DNA of 64,000 nucleotides from Macrostomum lignano (lineage: Eukaryota). Of the stretch, positions 11,758-22,855 are shown piece after piece. Numbering within the stretch: position 1 is the stretch's first letter; each line of letters opens with the position of its first letter. The translations under genes and the position numbers were made by a program. A model generated the notes under the pieces. That model did not search any database. It had not been told where the DNA came from and was given only the letters and a program-made list of their open reading frames with translations. Location: positions 1 through 64,000 of the forward strand of contig NIVC01002229.1 in the NCBI GenBank assembly GCA_002269645.1, written 5' to 3'.

Positions 11758-13186
11758 CTGCGGTGAGAGCGTTAGCGCCTGCAACGGGTCGGCGGCATGG
11801 CGGGCTCAGGGACTCACGGAGACAGTCAACCCACAGCCAATGAGTCAAGCAGTCATGGTTTTTCCACTTAATCACTGAGCACGCATGTGTACACACGGTG
11901 TACAGCGACTCTGACTTTCCTATCTTCAGACATGTGCACGCAACCAGGGTTTTGGGAATGACTCTCATTGGCGAGAACTGCACGAATCTCCAAATAAAAG
12001 TGGCCGCACGCGGGATGAAATCAAACCCTGGGAACTTTGGCTTGAGACTGAAGTGTGCCGGCGCTGGGCTGCTCTGCACCTCAGGTTCAGGCTTCCCATG
12101 TACTTCAAGTGGGTCAGCAATATTAGGAATGCTAATCTCTAACTAGTTGGTTCAGTCTGACTACAAGAGCAAAATGCCAAGTTCCTTGGTTTGATATAAA
12201 CAGAAAAAAACATAAAAACATAGAAAAAAACTTATTTATGATACTAAAAGCTAATGACAATATACAGATTTTATCTAAAAACTAGCCTAAGCCCTGAAAT
12301 ATTTCAGAGTTTGTAACCCATGACACTTAAAGTTTTGTGGCAGCAGTTTATAATTTTTAGAAATATTAATATTAAAGTGTAAAATGAAAAATATGAAAAA
12401 TGTTACAAATTTACTGCTTATTTAATTAATGAATAAAAATAACTACTACAGCTATTAGGAGATCTTGCTAAGACACCATTCAAGGCATGTTCTAAGACAA
12501 TTTATATATTCTTAAATCTCAGTTTGACAAAAATGTTCATTTCTCATTGCTATAGAAAAAAACATAAACAATAGGAAAAAATGAAAGGCAAACAAGAAAG
12601 AAACACAAAAATACTACCAAATGATATATTACAATTAGGCAATTTAGCACATTGAAAGATCTTTCAAACTCTACCTTTAATGCTAAAAAATATGTCAAAC
12701 ACAAATGTGTAGTTGGTAGTAATAGTATATATAGTATAGTATAATATGTATATGCTCTATTGATAATAAGTGTAGCTATTATCAACTACACTTGTTGCTA
12801 TTATTATGGCTATTAGTCAAGCATAACCAGATCTCGACTTTTTCCCATAGCCTTATATATCCATATTTGTATTTGTAGCTAGTAAACTATCTATAGGGAC
12901 TTAAGAGCCTTCTGAATTGAAAGTGGAAACATTCATACTAATATTAGCCCCCACCACCTAACCACAATGTGCACATAGCATCCAAACTTTCTAAACCTCT
13001 CTATTGTTTACATCTCTAATCCCAAGTTTCTAAACCTCTATTGTTTACATCTCTAATCCCAAGGACTTCAGAGCTCCCCTGCATTGGAATTGAAAACATT
13101 AAAAAGGAAAAACAATAAAAAACAGATTATTTGTGACTTGTTTTGATTGTCCACAATCATTAAGGTAAAGCCAAAGTTTTGAACTA

Positions 13187-14632
13187 GGTGGCTAGTATAT
13201 AAATAAGCAAAGTGAGGAAAATGAGAATGAGATTGCTATCAAGTTGTATATTCTGGTAGCTAGTATATAAATAAGCAAAATGAGAAAAATGAGAATAAGA
13301 TTGCTAGCAAGTTGTATATTCTGGTGGCTAGTATACTAGATAAATAAGCAAAGTGAGGAAAATGAGAATGAGATTGCTATCAAGTTGTATATTCTGGTAG
13401 CTAGTATATAAATAAACAAAGTAAGGAAAATAAGAATAAGATTGCTAGCAAGTTGTATATTCTGGTGGCTAGTATACTAGATAAATAAGCAAAGTGAGGA
13501 AAATGAGAATGAGATTGCTAGCAAGTTGTATATTCTAGTGGCTAGTATATAAATAAGCAAAGTGAGGAAAATGAGAATAAGATTGCTAGCAAGCATTGTT
13601 GGGCATTGTTAATGAAAATCTTAACTTCCATTAATTGCAAAAGCGTTAGCATTAAAACAAAAAAATCTTAACTTTCTAACTCCTAATTTCGTTAAGTTAA
13701 CTGAAAGTTAACTGATAATCGTTAATAAGCATTAATCTGTTAAAGTTAACACAGAAAATATGGAAATCTTGCACGTTTTTTCCAAAACAGACTTTGTAAT
13801 GCACGTCTTTGCTATTCCATCTTTTTAGTGAAACACAGAGGTCATCTAAGCGATTTGAAAACTAAAAAAGTAATAAATAATCATTTTAAAAACTTGCATG
13901 CATAATACTACTAAAAGTAAAGTATATGGTAAAAAAGTAACTTATTTTATTTGAAACTAAAAAACTAATAACGAGAAACTCATAATTAAATACGCATAGG
14001 AAGGTTGTTTCAGTACCATTAGCAGGTGCAGCAGAAAGTTGCAAAAGATTGGGACAAAAGTGAATCAAAGAGATCGATGCTCACGCGCAAGAAATAAAGT
14101 TTCACGGTATTTTAATTCATCATTATTTTAAAGTTTATTTGTAAGAAGTTATTACATGTACGTCTGTATGATCATCGTCATAAATAAAGAGATTATATTT
14201 AGGCATATATATAGGTAAGCTCAAATACGTTCGTAATGTTTAAACTTCTTGTAAGACTTCTATTTTTATTTGTTCCTTCTTTGCGTCTTTGGTCATTGAC
14301 ATAACACTACCGTTAATGATGAATTTATCGTTAATTCACAAAATTTTTAATGCAAATTCGTTGATCCGTTAGTTCAAAAAAATCTAAACGACAAGTCTGT
14401 TAATGTTAATGAAAAATCTTAATGCTTATTAACGCTTATTAACGGATTAACACTTATTAATGGACTGGTGCCCAACACTGCTAGCAAGTTGTATATTCTG
14501 ATGGCTAGTATATAAATAAACAAAGTAAGGAAAATGAGAATGAGATTGCTAGCAAGTTGTATATTCTGGTGGCTAGTATATAAATAAACAAAGTAAGGAA
14601 AATGAGAATAAGATTGCTAACAAGTTGTATAT
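13187..14632. repeat. About 68-74-bp AT-rich satellite split by a hAT insertion
   Basis: Unit GGTGGCTAGTATATAAATAAGCAAAGTGAGGAAAATGAGAATGAGATTGCTAGCAAGTTGTATATTCT; about 6 copies before 13594 and about 2 after 14480. Confidence 0.85.
13594..14480. mobile_element. Non-autonomous hAT element (887 bp)
   Basis: TIR CATTGTTGGGCA / TGCCCAACACTG (11/12). Perfect 8-bp TSD CTAGCAAG (13586-13593, 14481-14488). TTAAC/GTTAA-rich subterminal regions. Confidence 0.88.
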
Positions 14633-15829
14633 TATAAACAAATTAATTGACTGTGAAAAAAAAGGTAAAAGCAAAGGTAGGAGGACAAAGATTAAGGCTA
14701 AGTAGAACTGTTATTGTCAATACTTTAGAGGAAAAAAGTATTTTTGGGTATTATAGGTTATACAAATTAGTATTTATTGTTCTCTCAATCTTTTATAACA
14801 ATATAGCAATAGAGTGTGTCTTCTTTGATCTTATAAGACTTTTTTTCAAAGAAAAGAAACAAACTAATAATTTATATATTGGTTGTTATCTGCTTACTTG
14901 AGCCTTTTTGAAAGCAACCAATTGACTTATAAAAATTTGACATGCATATTAATATTTGACTTTTATGCTTGGCATAGCTGATAGCCACACTTGGATAAGT
15001 AGCAAGAAAAGAATGAGATAAAGCAAAAAAGCTGGCAAAAGAAGGAGAGTTGGCAATTGAAGTTTTAGAAGAGGTCAGAAGAGAAGGTGACCAAATCTAC
15101 CATTATAAATTATTTCAAAAAATGACTGCAAACTATGATCTATAATCTAGACTAAAGCTAGCTTTTTCACTTCTTTAATTAATAATAATAATGGATTGAT
15201 AGCATAAATTACACTTGTTTTGACTAGCTTGACTATATCAATAGCTAGCAATATCTTTGAAATAACTTGTGCTTAATCTTAATTACTTCTTTGGCTTATT
15301 GCATAATATTCAATGTTGATATTGGCTACTAGTCACTTTGGCAACAAGACATTTTGACAATGGACACTTTAGCAATAAGACATTTTAGTGACAATCATTT
15401 TGGCATTAATGTTAGGCCATTTCTGCAAATTCTCTAGCATAATTAATTTAGACTCAGACTTTGACCCAAACTAATGCCTTTTTGATATTTGCTAATTTAT
15501 GGACCAGACTATGTATTTTATAATTATAGACTTTAAACAAACTTGAACTTTAATGTGTTAAAATCAATAAAAAGTTCTAATTTGGATATTGGTTTTGGTC
15601 GAAGTCTATATAATATAGTCCATTAATTGGTTAGCAAAATTCTTCAGAATATTTCAATTTCTATTGCCAGCAAAGTGACTTGTTGTTGAAATGACTGATA
15701 GCTGGCCAGTTATATAATCATAATCATAGTTGATATCATAGATATCATAGTTATCATTACACAATTATAATTGATAACATTTTTATGATAGCTAATATAC
15801 TTAATATAATTATATTCTATAACTTGTTT

Positions 15830-16106
15830 CATACATGCGCAACCCCCCTGATTTACACTGGCCATGCGACTTACTTTTTGACCAAAAATGCGACTTACCT
15901 GTGAAAGAAACCCTAGAGCAACATTAAAGAAATTTTGGGTAAACGGCAGGAGTAACTATGACTGTCTTTTATGGGCTAAATGCCTCGTCATCTAATTAGT
16001 ACTACGTCTGTATTCTTTGGGGTGGGCATTTTTGCAACATACCCCTGGTCCACCACAATTTACAGTGGCCAGATCAGCCAGGTCGGCCAGCAGTTGCGCA
16101 TGTATG
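15830..16106. mobile_element. hAT-type MITE carrying a 28S rDNA-derived segment (copy 1)
   Basis: Perfect 14-bp TIR CATACATGCGCAAC; TSD ACTTGTTT/ACTTGTAT (7/8). 15937-16000 matches the conserved 28S sequence GGGTAAACGGCGGGAG...TCTAATTAGT at 55/64. Confidence 0.85.
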
Positions 16107-16131
16107 ACTTGTATCACATTTGCTCTATAAA

Positions 16132-18409
16132 TAGGCACTTCAGTGAGAAAATTAAATTTCAGAAATTGTTATAGGCTGCTATTTCACTAGATAGATCTTA
16201 CTTTCCCATTTCCAAAATGGCCAAACTTTAGTGATTTGGTTGAGTAATAAGGAAACTACAGCTATTTTAGTAACCCCGATTTGTGCCTTTAGCCAATGGA
16301 ATTTTTACATTACGGTTTGTGATCATTTTTGGCCAAAAAGTTGGCTTTTTGTCTTTGAACACTTGTAATTAATTTTCTAGCCAACCAAAATGACTGTGCT
16401 TGGTGTCATTTTGTTCAGTTTTTTAGTGTTAATTGTATGAATTATATATTTGAAACAAGTAATTGAAACAGGATGGGTGTATGAAATTTTGACTATTTTA
16501 ACCAGATACGCAATGATTGCAATTTTAAAAATACAATAGCATCTGTTCTGCTTGCTTAATTTATACAAGGCTAGTGTCATTTTGTTCAGGTTTTTACCTA
16601 CTATAATACTATTCTACTTCTTGCCCTAAATTTTTAATGCATGACAGACACCCCAACTGCAATGTAATGTGCTGTACAGGCTTTGCGCATGGGTTTATTA
16701 AAAAACGGTTTTGCCTATCGTGTTCAGCATAGCAGAATTAGTTAAATGACACAGAGAACTAGTTTGCCGGAAGGCAGAGTCTCACAAAAAACACGAAATA
16801 CACGTTTCAATGGGTATTTTACATGTAAACGTATCAAAAAAAGAAACCTCCACAAAATTTTTGCGCCTATAGCTATTGGCAAGTGGTTTTTTTTACTGTG
16901 CTTGTATTGTCAATAGGTAATGAAAAATATAAAGAGAAACAATGCAGGAAAAGGATTTCATGGAAAATTTTGGATTTGAAATTTTGCATAGAGCCATATG
17001 GGCATTAAAAGAAAAAAAAAATTTTTTTTAACACCAGAAAAATGTTTCTAAATTATCCCTTTACACTATAAAACCTTTGTTTCCATTATAAGAAACACAT
17101 TGCAGCTAAGAAAAAGCATTTTCTGAACCACTGTTTTTTTATTCATTTTGGCTTCAATTTTATATTCCTCCTAAAAAATGGTCAACTTTAAAAATAGACA
17201 GTGCAAAAAGTATAACAAAGCTAGACTTGCAGTTGGTGTCATTTGAAAGAGCTCCTTTTTACCTTTTAAATGCATACTTTACTTTCATCCTGGCTTCTAT
17301 AGTTTCTTTAAAATCGCCCTTGAAAAATTGGACTTTTTTCTTACTTTTTTGCCATTGGCACGCACTTCTTATAACTCACTGAAGTCCCTATCTAAAGTAT
17401 AAATAATAAATTGAATAGTAAAAATAAAAAAGATGCCATGTTTTAGTTACATTATATTGGTTTAATAAAACATCAAACTAGACTTGATGCATTAGTTAAT
17501 TAAAACAATATTGCTAAAATAGTATAGGCATTTTAAAAAAATAGATACAAACAACATAAAGTGTAATTTATAAATGTAATGTATTAAAATCTAGCAGTTC
17601 ATTAAAATTTTTGAAATATCTGTTTTCAGATTTTGAGCCTTTGATATTTTTTTTTCTTTTACTTCTACTTCTATATTTGTATATAGATATTTGTAATTAA
17701 AAAGTGTGAGAGTTGGTGAGTAAAATACCCATTGAAACGTGTATTTCGTGTTTTTTGTGAGACTCTGCCTTCCGGCAAACTAGTTCTCTGTGTCATTTAA
17801 CTAATTCTGCTATGCTGAACACGATAGGCAAAACCGTTTTTTAATAAACCCATGCGCAAAGCCTGTACAGCACATTACATTGCAGTTGGGGTGTCTGTCA
17901 TGCATTAAAAATTTAGGGCAAGAAGTAGAATAGTATTATAGTAGGTAAAAACCTGAACAAAATGACACTAGCCTTGTATAAATTAAGCAAGCAGAACAGA
18001 TGCTATTGTATTTTAAAATTGCAATCATTGCGTATCTGGTTAAAATAGTCAAAATTTCATACACCCATCCTGTTTCAATTACTTGTTTCAAATATATAAT
18101 TCATACAATTAACACTAAAAAACTGAACAAAATGACACCAAGCACAGTCATTTTGGTTGGCTAGAAAATTAATTACAAGTGTTCAAAGACAAAAAGCCAA
18201 CTTTTTGGCCAAAAATGATCACAAACCGTAATGTAAAAATTCCATTGGCTAAAGGCACAAATCGGGGTTACTAAAATAGCTGTAGTTTCCTTATTACTCA
18301 ACCAAATCACTAAAGTTTGGCCATTTTGGAAATGGGAAAGTAAGATCTATCTAGTGAAATAGCAGCCTATAACAATTTCTGAAATTTAATTTTCTCACTG
18401 AAGTGCCTA
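16132..18409. mobile_element. Large foldback-like non-autonomous DNA element with about 690-bp near-identical inverted arms
   Basis: 16132-16821 is the reverse complement of 17721-18409 (one 1-bp indel noticed). Ends TA|GGCACTT...AAGTGCC|TA. 900-bp AT-rich spacer without a substantial ORF. Confidence 0.9.
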
Positions 18410-19192
18410 CTTTAGAAAATAAATATTTAAGTGTAGGTTTAGCTTAATTATGGCCTGATATAATAAATAGGCCTAGACAAGACTCTAGTCTAGAGACTAG
18501 ACAGTTATAGCAAGCCCACTGAACCCAACAAAGGAATCTTTCATACAGATAGTGTCGTAGGCGTGACTCTCCCTTCTTAATAATATCTCACTGCTGACAC
18601 CAAGTTGTCGTAGGGGTGGGCGCTCTCACTGAAATAATCCCACCGATTTGCTACCAAGTTGTCGTAGGTCTCTTTCTTCTGTCCTCCAACTATCCCACTA
18701 TTGCCACCAGCTGTGACAGGTGTTATTCCTCTGTCTTTCTAAACTTTTATAACTATTAGTGTTTATTAAATGTCCTACAAGCTGCCACCAAAGTTGTACA
18801 GGTGTTGTCTGCTTAACTAAAGTTATCCTGATTGTATTTCTGTTTTCACTCCCTAACTGTTTCTTAGAATCTCATATATTTTCTGGGTATCTATGTATTA
18901 GTCTGGTAGCGTTTTATGTATTAGTCTGGTAGCGTTCTATGTATTAGTCTGGTAGCGTTCTTAGTATATGGCCTGAGCGGTCTTACTGGTATATGTACTT
19001 TCTCTCTCCAGTCTGGGCGTTACCGAGATTAGAGGGTCACAGCGATTACTCTTAGTACTCTCTTTGCATGAATTCCCAATTCTGACTTTCAATACTTTTT
19101 AAAATGAGCAAAGATCTGAGAATGTTTATCGAACACGTTTTGAGCTTATAGCTATCGAACGAGTTATTCTTTTCTTGCCTACACTTCTCTTC

Positions 19193-19200
19193 CTTTTATA
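19193..19200 (-). promoter_or_regulatory. LTR TATA box (equivalent copy in the other LTR)
   Basis: TATAAAAG on the minus strand about 130 nt from the U3 start; AATAAA at 18767-18762. Confidence 0.5.
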
Positions 19201-19711
19201 CTAGTTGATCGCGTGTATTTTAAACAAATTGTTACAAGTTGAAAATATTTTGAGTATTAAAACAACAAATATAAATTTCGCGCTAATTTGAAAAACGAGT
19301 TTATAAGAAACAAAAGGTACCGCTATTACAACCTTCCTCCTCTTAAACTAAATTTCAAACAAATAAAATGCAGTGAGAAATTTATAAAACTGTCATAGCC
19401 ACAATAGTACATTTAGTGTAAGCAAATGCAGATAGATCATATGAAAACAAAGCACACTAGAAAATGGTTCAGTGCAAACAAGATATAGTATTATAAAGGC
19501 AGAAGTAAAAATGCGAGCACATATTAAAGTCAATTGGTATACTAGCATTAGGCAAAATTGTAAAAGTTATCAACATCAACATATTTAGGCTAAGAGTGCA
19601 AAAAGGTGCTAAAGAACAATAAAGCATGGTGCATAAAACATGGTGCAAGAAATAAGGCTTGATATAGTAAAAGTGGCAACCTATGATCAGTTTAAAGTCA
19701 ATAGTTCATAC

Positions 19712-20587
19712 TTAGAATTCACAGTACTGAGGTAGCTCCCTGTAGAACGGCCAACCGATCTGCGCGAAGCACCAGCGCAACTCGATGTTCAGCAACTGGC
19801 GCTGAGCTGGTCGGGCGTCGCTCCGAAGGGTCTGCTGTAGCCGTTCAGCGACCTCCTGGAGCAGCGCCACTGCCTCCAGGTGGGTGAACTGTTCGCGCAG
19901 GACTCGCAAATGCGGCCAGACCTGGGATCTCTGCGGAAGAGCTTCGTCGAGTCTTAGAAAGGCGATTCTCATCAAGTACTGATGGATGCCGTGGCGCGGG
20001 CGTTCCACCTCGGCGCCTCTGGCCTCTATCAGTTGGCGGACTACAGCTCGGTGGTCTTGAGGCGGGCCTTGCTGTGGTGGACGCGCAGGAGCATTCGGGC
20101 GGGATGGCCGAGATCTTCTCCCAGAAGGCGGCGCCTCCGCAGGAATCGCCATCTGAGCAGAGCGGCCGCAAGCGCCTCCAGCTCGAATCACGCACGACTT
20201 GACCGGGGTGGCCGCCTGGCGTTCTAGTAGGGCGGCCCTCTTCCTTTCTGGCCCATTGTCCTGACTGGCGGCGGGAGCTGGAGAGCTCGGTCTCTGCCGC
20301 TTGGAAGCTGAGTCTCCACCAGGGGGCCTCGGTCGAGTCGGCTGTCTCAACGGAGCCTCGATCTCCTGGCGCTCTCGCGGATCTCGCTCTTGCTGTTCGC
20401 GATGTTCTCGCTCTCGCCTTTCGCGTTCTTCTCGCTCTCGCCTCTCGCGTTCTTCTCGCTCTCGCCTCTCGCGTTCTTCTTGCTCTTCTTGCTGTTGTTG
20501 CTCCGGTTGCTGCTCGTCACTCTCTAGCAGAGCTTGAAGAAATGAATCGATATCGTCGTTGTTGTCCATTACGATTTCTTCGCACAA
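19712..20587 (-). CDS. Orphan accessory ORF of the LTR element (291 aa; E/R-rich helix, basic NLS-like motifs)
   Basis: Intact GC-rich ORF in the env position; ERRERE repeats, KRQR and RKR motifs; TATAAAT about 85 nt upstream. Confidence 0.65.
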   Translation of the reverse strand: MCEEIVMDNNDDIDSFLQALLESDEQQPEQQQQEEQEERERREREERERREREERERREREHREQQERDPRERQEIEAPLRQPTRPRPPGGDSASKRQRPSSPAPAASQDNGPERKRAALLERQAATPVKSCVIRAGGACGRSAQMAIPAEAPPSGRRSRPSRPNAPARPPQQGPPQDHRAVVRQLIEARGAEVERPRHGIHQYLMRIAFLRLDEALPQRSQVWPHLRVLREQFTHLEAVALLQEVAERLQQTLRSDARPAQRQLLNIELRWCFAQIGWPFYRELPQYCEF

Positions 20588-20990
20588 TTCTCTGTATAGG
20601 TCTTTGCAGAGGTCTCGGAACCGTTCTTCGGATGTGTGAACTATGGGAGCCTGCTAGCGGTCAGGGAGTTTGTATTTATAGGCTGGCGGCCGAAAAGCTG
20701 GACCGCATCATTGTGTTCCACGCGGGCCTCGAGTGGGGGGTGCTCGGGTTGGCAGATTTGACACTTCGATTTTTATAGATTTTCTTTAGATTTTTATAAC
20801 TTTTTTATTTTTCGAGATTTTTTTCTTGAGTAATATGTCATATGAAAGCTTACATTTGGCAGAATAATATAGTGTTTTCAGATTTGTTCTATGTACAACA
20901 TGTCAATTTCTATAGGCAAATAACTATTATTAATATGAAATTTTAACTAATTTACACTGGTTTCAATGGCAATTCGCTGACGTCATCACC

Positions 20991-21990
20991 CTATTGTTCC
21001 AAATATCGCGCGTAGCGCCTTCGGGGCACGAATCCGTTCACACCTTCTCCTTGCTGAGTCACTCTATCGCCTCGTGGTCTCAAATTATACCTTTCTACTG
21101 GCTGAGCTTCCTCCTCTAACTCTATTGCTCCTTCCTCTTCTGATGGCTCATCTGAGTCAGTCGCTCTCTCTGTATTCTCACTGTTCAATTCTTCATTTCC
21201 TTCGTTTTCACTCTGCGAATTCGGATCTGCGAATACTCTCCATTGAATTCTGTTTTCTTCGTCTGAGCTTTTCTCCTCTAAAATTTGAACTTCTGGAATT
21301 CTAACTTCTTTTTGTCTATGGCAAATTCTTTTCTTCGGCTTCGGCTGTTCTTTCTTCTTAGTTGGCACTGTTGCTGGTTTTAAATTATTATTAATTTCCT
21401 CTGGTAAATCAATTTCGGATTTCGGCACTGGAGTCAGATTATTACTGTTTTTCTTCGAACAATTTTGCAAATTCTCACAGCTTCTCTTCGAAATCTCATC
21501 TTCATTTCATCTCATCTCAACTCAACAACTTCTCGACTCAATATCTCAACTCGACCCTGACCTCTCGAAAGCTTCTCTGCTGAACTCATGCCAGCTACAG
21601 CTCTACTGTCACGGGTCCTACAACTCTCAACTCTCAATTCTCCTTTCACTGTTTCAGCTTGGCCTCGTCAGTAGAATCATAGAGATTCTGTATTAATCTG
21701 CACTTTAGGCCTTACTGCCCTTCCTTTCCTGCATGGCCTGACTCTCTGAACCTTTTTTGGCTCTTCTGAAAGCGTCATCGGCCTCTTCTTTCTGCCTTTG
21801 GTCAATCTGCAATAGGTCAGTATACAACTGTCCGTGCATCATGCCAATCTCTGCAATCCAATCTCTTCGACAATTTTCTTCGCACAATTTGCACAATCTT
21901 CTCAGTATCATCTTCTCGTCAACTTCTCTGAGTAAAATAATCTTCCTTCAATGTTTTCAGTCCGAAATTGCAGTTCCCTGGCTTTCCTAA
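20991..21990 (-). pseudogene. Probable relic of the pol/integrase C-terminal region
   Basis: RYNLRPR motif near the end of ORF 21470-20991, typical of gypsy pol tails; ILRRLCKLCEENCRRDW resembles a post-catalytic integrase helix. No DDE or RT motifs. Confidence 0.35.
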
Positions 21991-22279
21991 ATAAGTTTCT
22001 TAGTAAAACGGCCCTTCCAGGGTCAAACGGCCCTTTTAAGGTCATCTAGTTAAAACGGTCCTTTTGAGGGTTACCTCCTAAATTTTTAGCTATTTAATGA
22101 CTTTTATTTACTTTAGACGGCTTACTTGGTGAGTACATTGCAATGTGCAGATGAAATACTTCTTAAACAAATATTTTTGGGATTTTTCTAACTTTTATTC
22201 GTTTTTATATTTTTGCATATATATTTGAAACATATTTACAAAAAGCTTTTCAGAATCGCGCTCCTATGTACGAGTCTTC

Positions 22280-22855
22280 TTAAGGTGGCTTCTGCTGAGC
22301 ATGCCGGTTGAACCTGATTCGGCACTGGTGTCCTGCCTGTGGCCTCATAGGTCCTGGTTGATCACAGAAGAAACAGTGACCCGGTTTTGGCTCCGGTCTG
22401 GTTCCACTGAATCGGTGCCTCTTCCAATTCGGCATTGGTCGGGGTGTCTGCGGTACTGTCTTAGTCTCTAGGCTGATGTTGGTGAAAATTACAGTTAGAG
22501 TGACTAGGCACTCCATCAGCGCTTCCATGCCCTTCTTCTGTCTCTGTTCCTCACTCTCTCCGTACTCTTCAATAATCCTTTGGCGGATGTACTGATACTT
22601 GAAGTCTTCTTTCCTATTGCTCAGTCTGCGCTTGACTCTCTCTGGGATGTTTAGATTCGCGAATAACTCTTTCTTGCACTCTTCCTCACTGAGCTTCTTA
22701 TTCCTACAGTGCTGCTCAAAGGTGATCAACCACTTGCGAATATCTTCGCCAGGGGTGTACTTCTCGAATCTTTCTTCTATTGTCACTTTCCCTAGACAGT
22801 CTCGCAGTTGTTCTGCCAGCATAGCAATGGCGTCATTAGCCTGATTCTGATTCAT
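22280..22855 (-). CDS. Gag-like ORF (191 aa) with a degenerate zinc knuckle
   Basis: First ORF after the PBS; FEKYTPGEDIRKWLITFEQHC resembles a retrotransposon gag N-terminus; CFFCDQPG knuckle remnant. Confidence 0.7.
   Translation of the reverse strand: MNQNQANDAIAMLAEQLRDCLGKVTIEERFEKYTPGEDIRKWLITFEQHCRNKKLSEEECKKELFANLNIPERVKRRLSNRKEDFKYQYIRQRIIEEYGESEEQRQKKGMEALMECLVTLTVIFTNISLETKTVPQTPRPMPNWKRHRFSGTRPEPKPGHCFFCDQPGPMRPQAGHQCRIRFNRHAQQKPP

Noticed and set aside
15937-16000. Functional 28S rRNA gene (also 43858-43921 and 55814-55877)
   Set aside because: Only 64 nt match, the flanks are MITE sequence with TIRs and TSDs, and the H69 stem is disrupted.
18553-18810. CRISPR-like repeat-spacer array
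   Set aside because: Eukaryotic LTR context, no cas genes; the repeats are PBS/LTR-end junctions and the spacers look like diverged paralogues.
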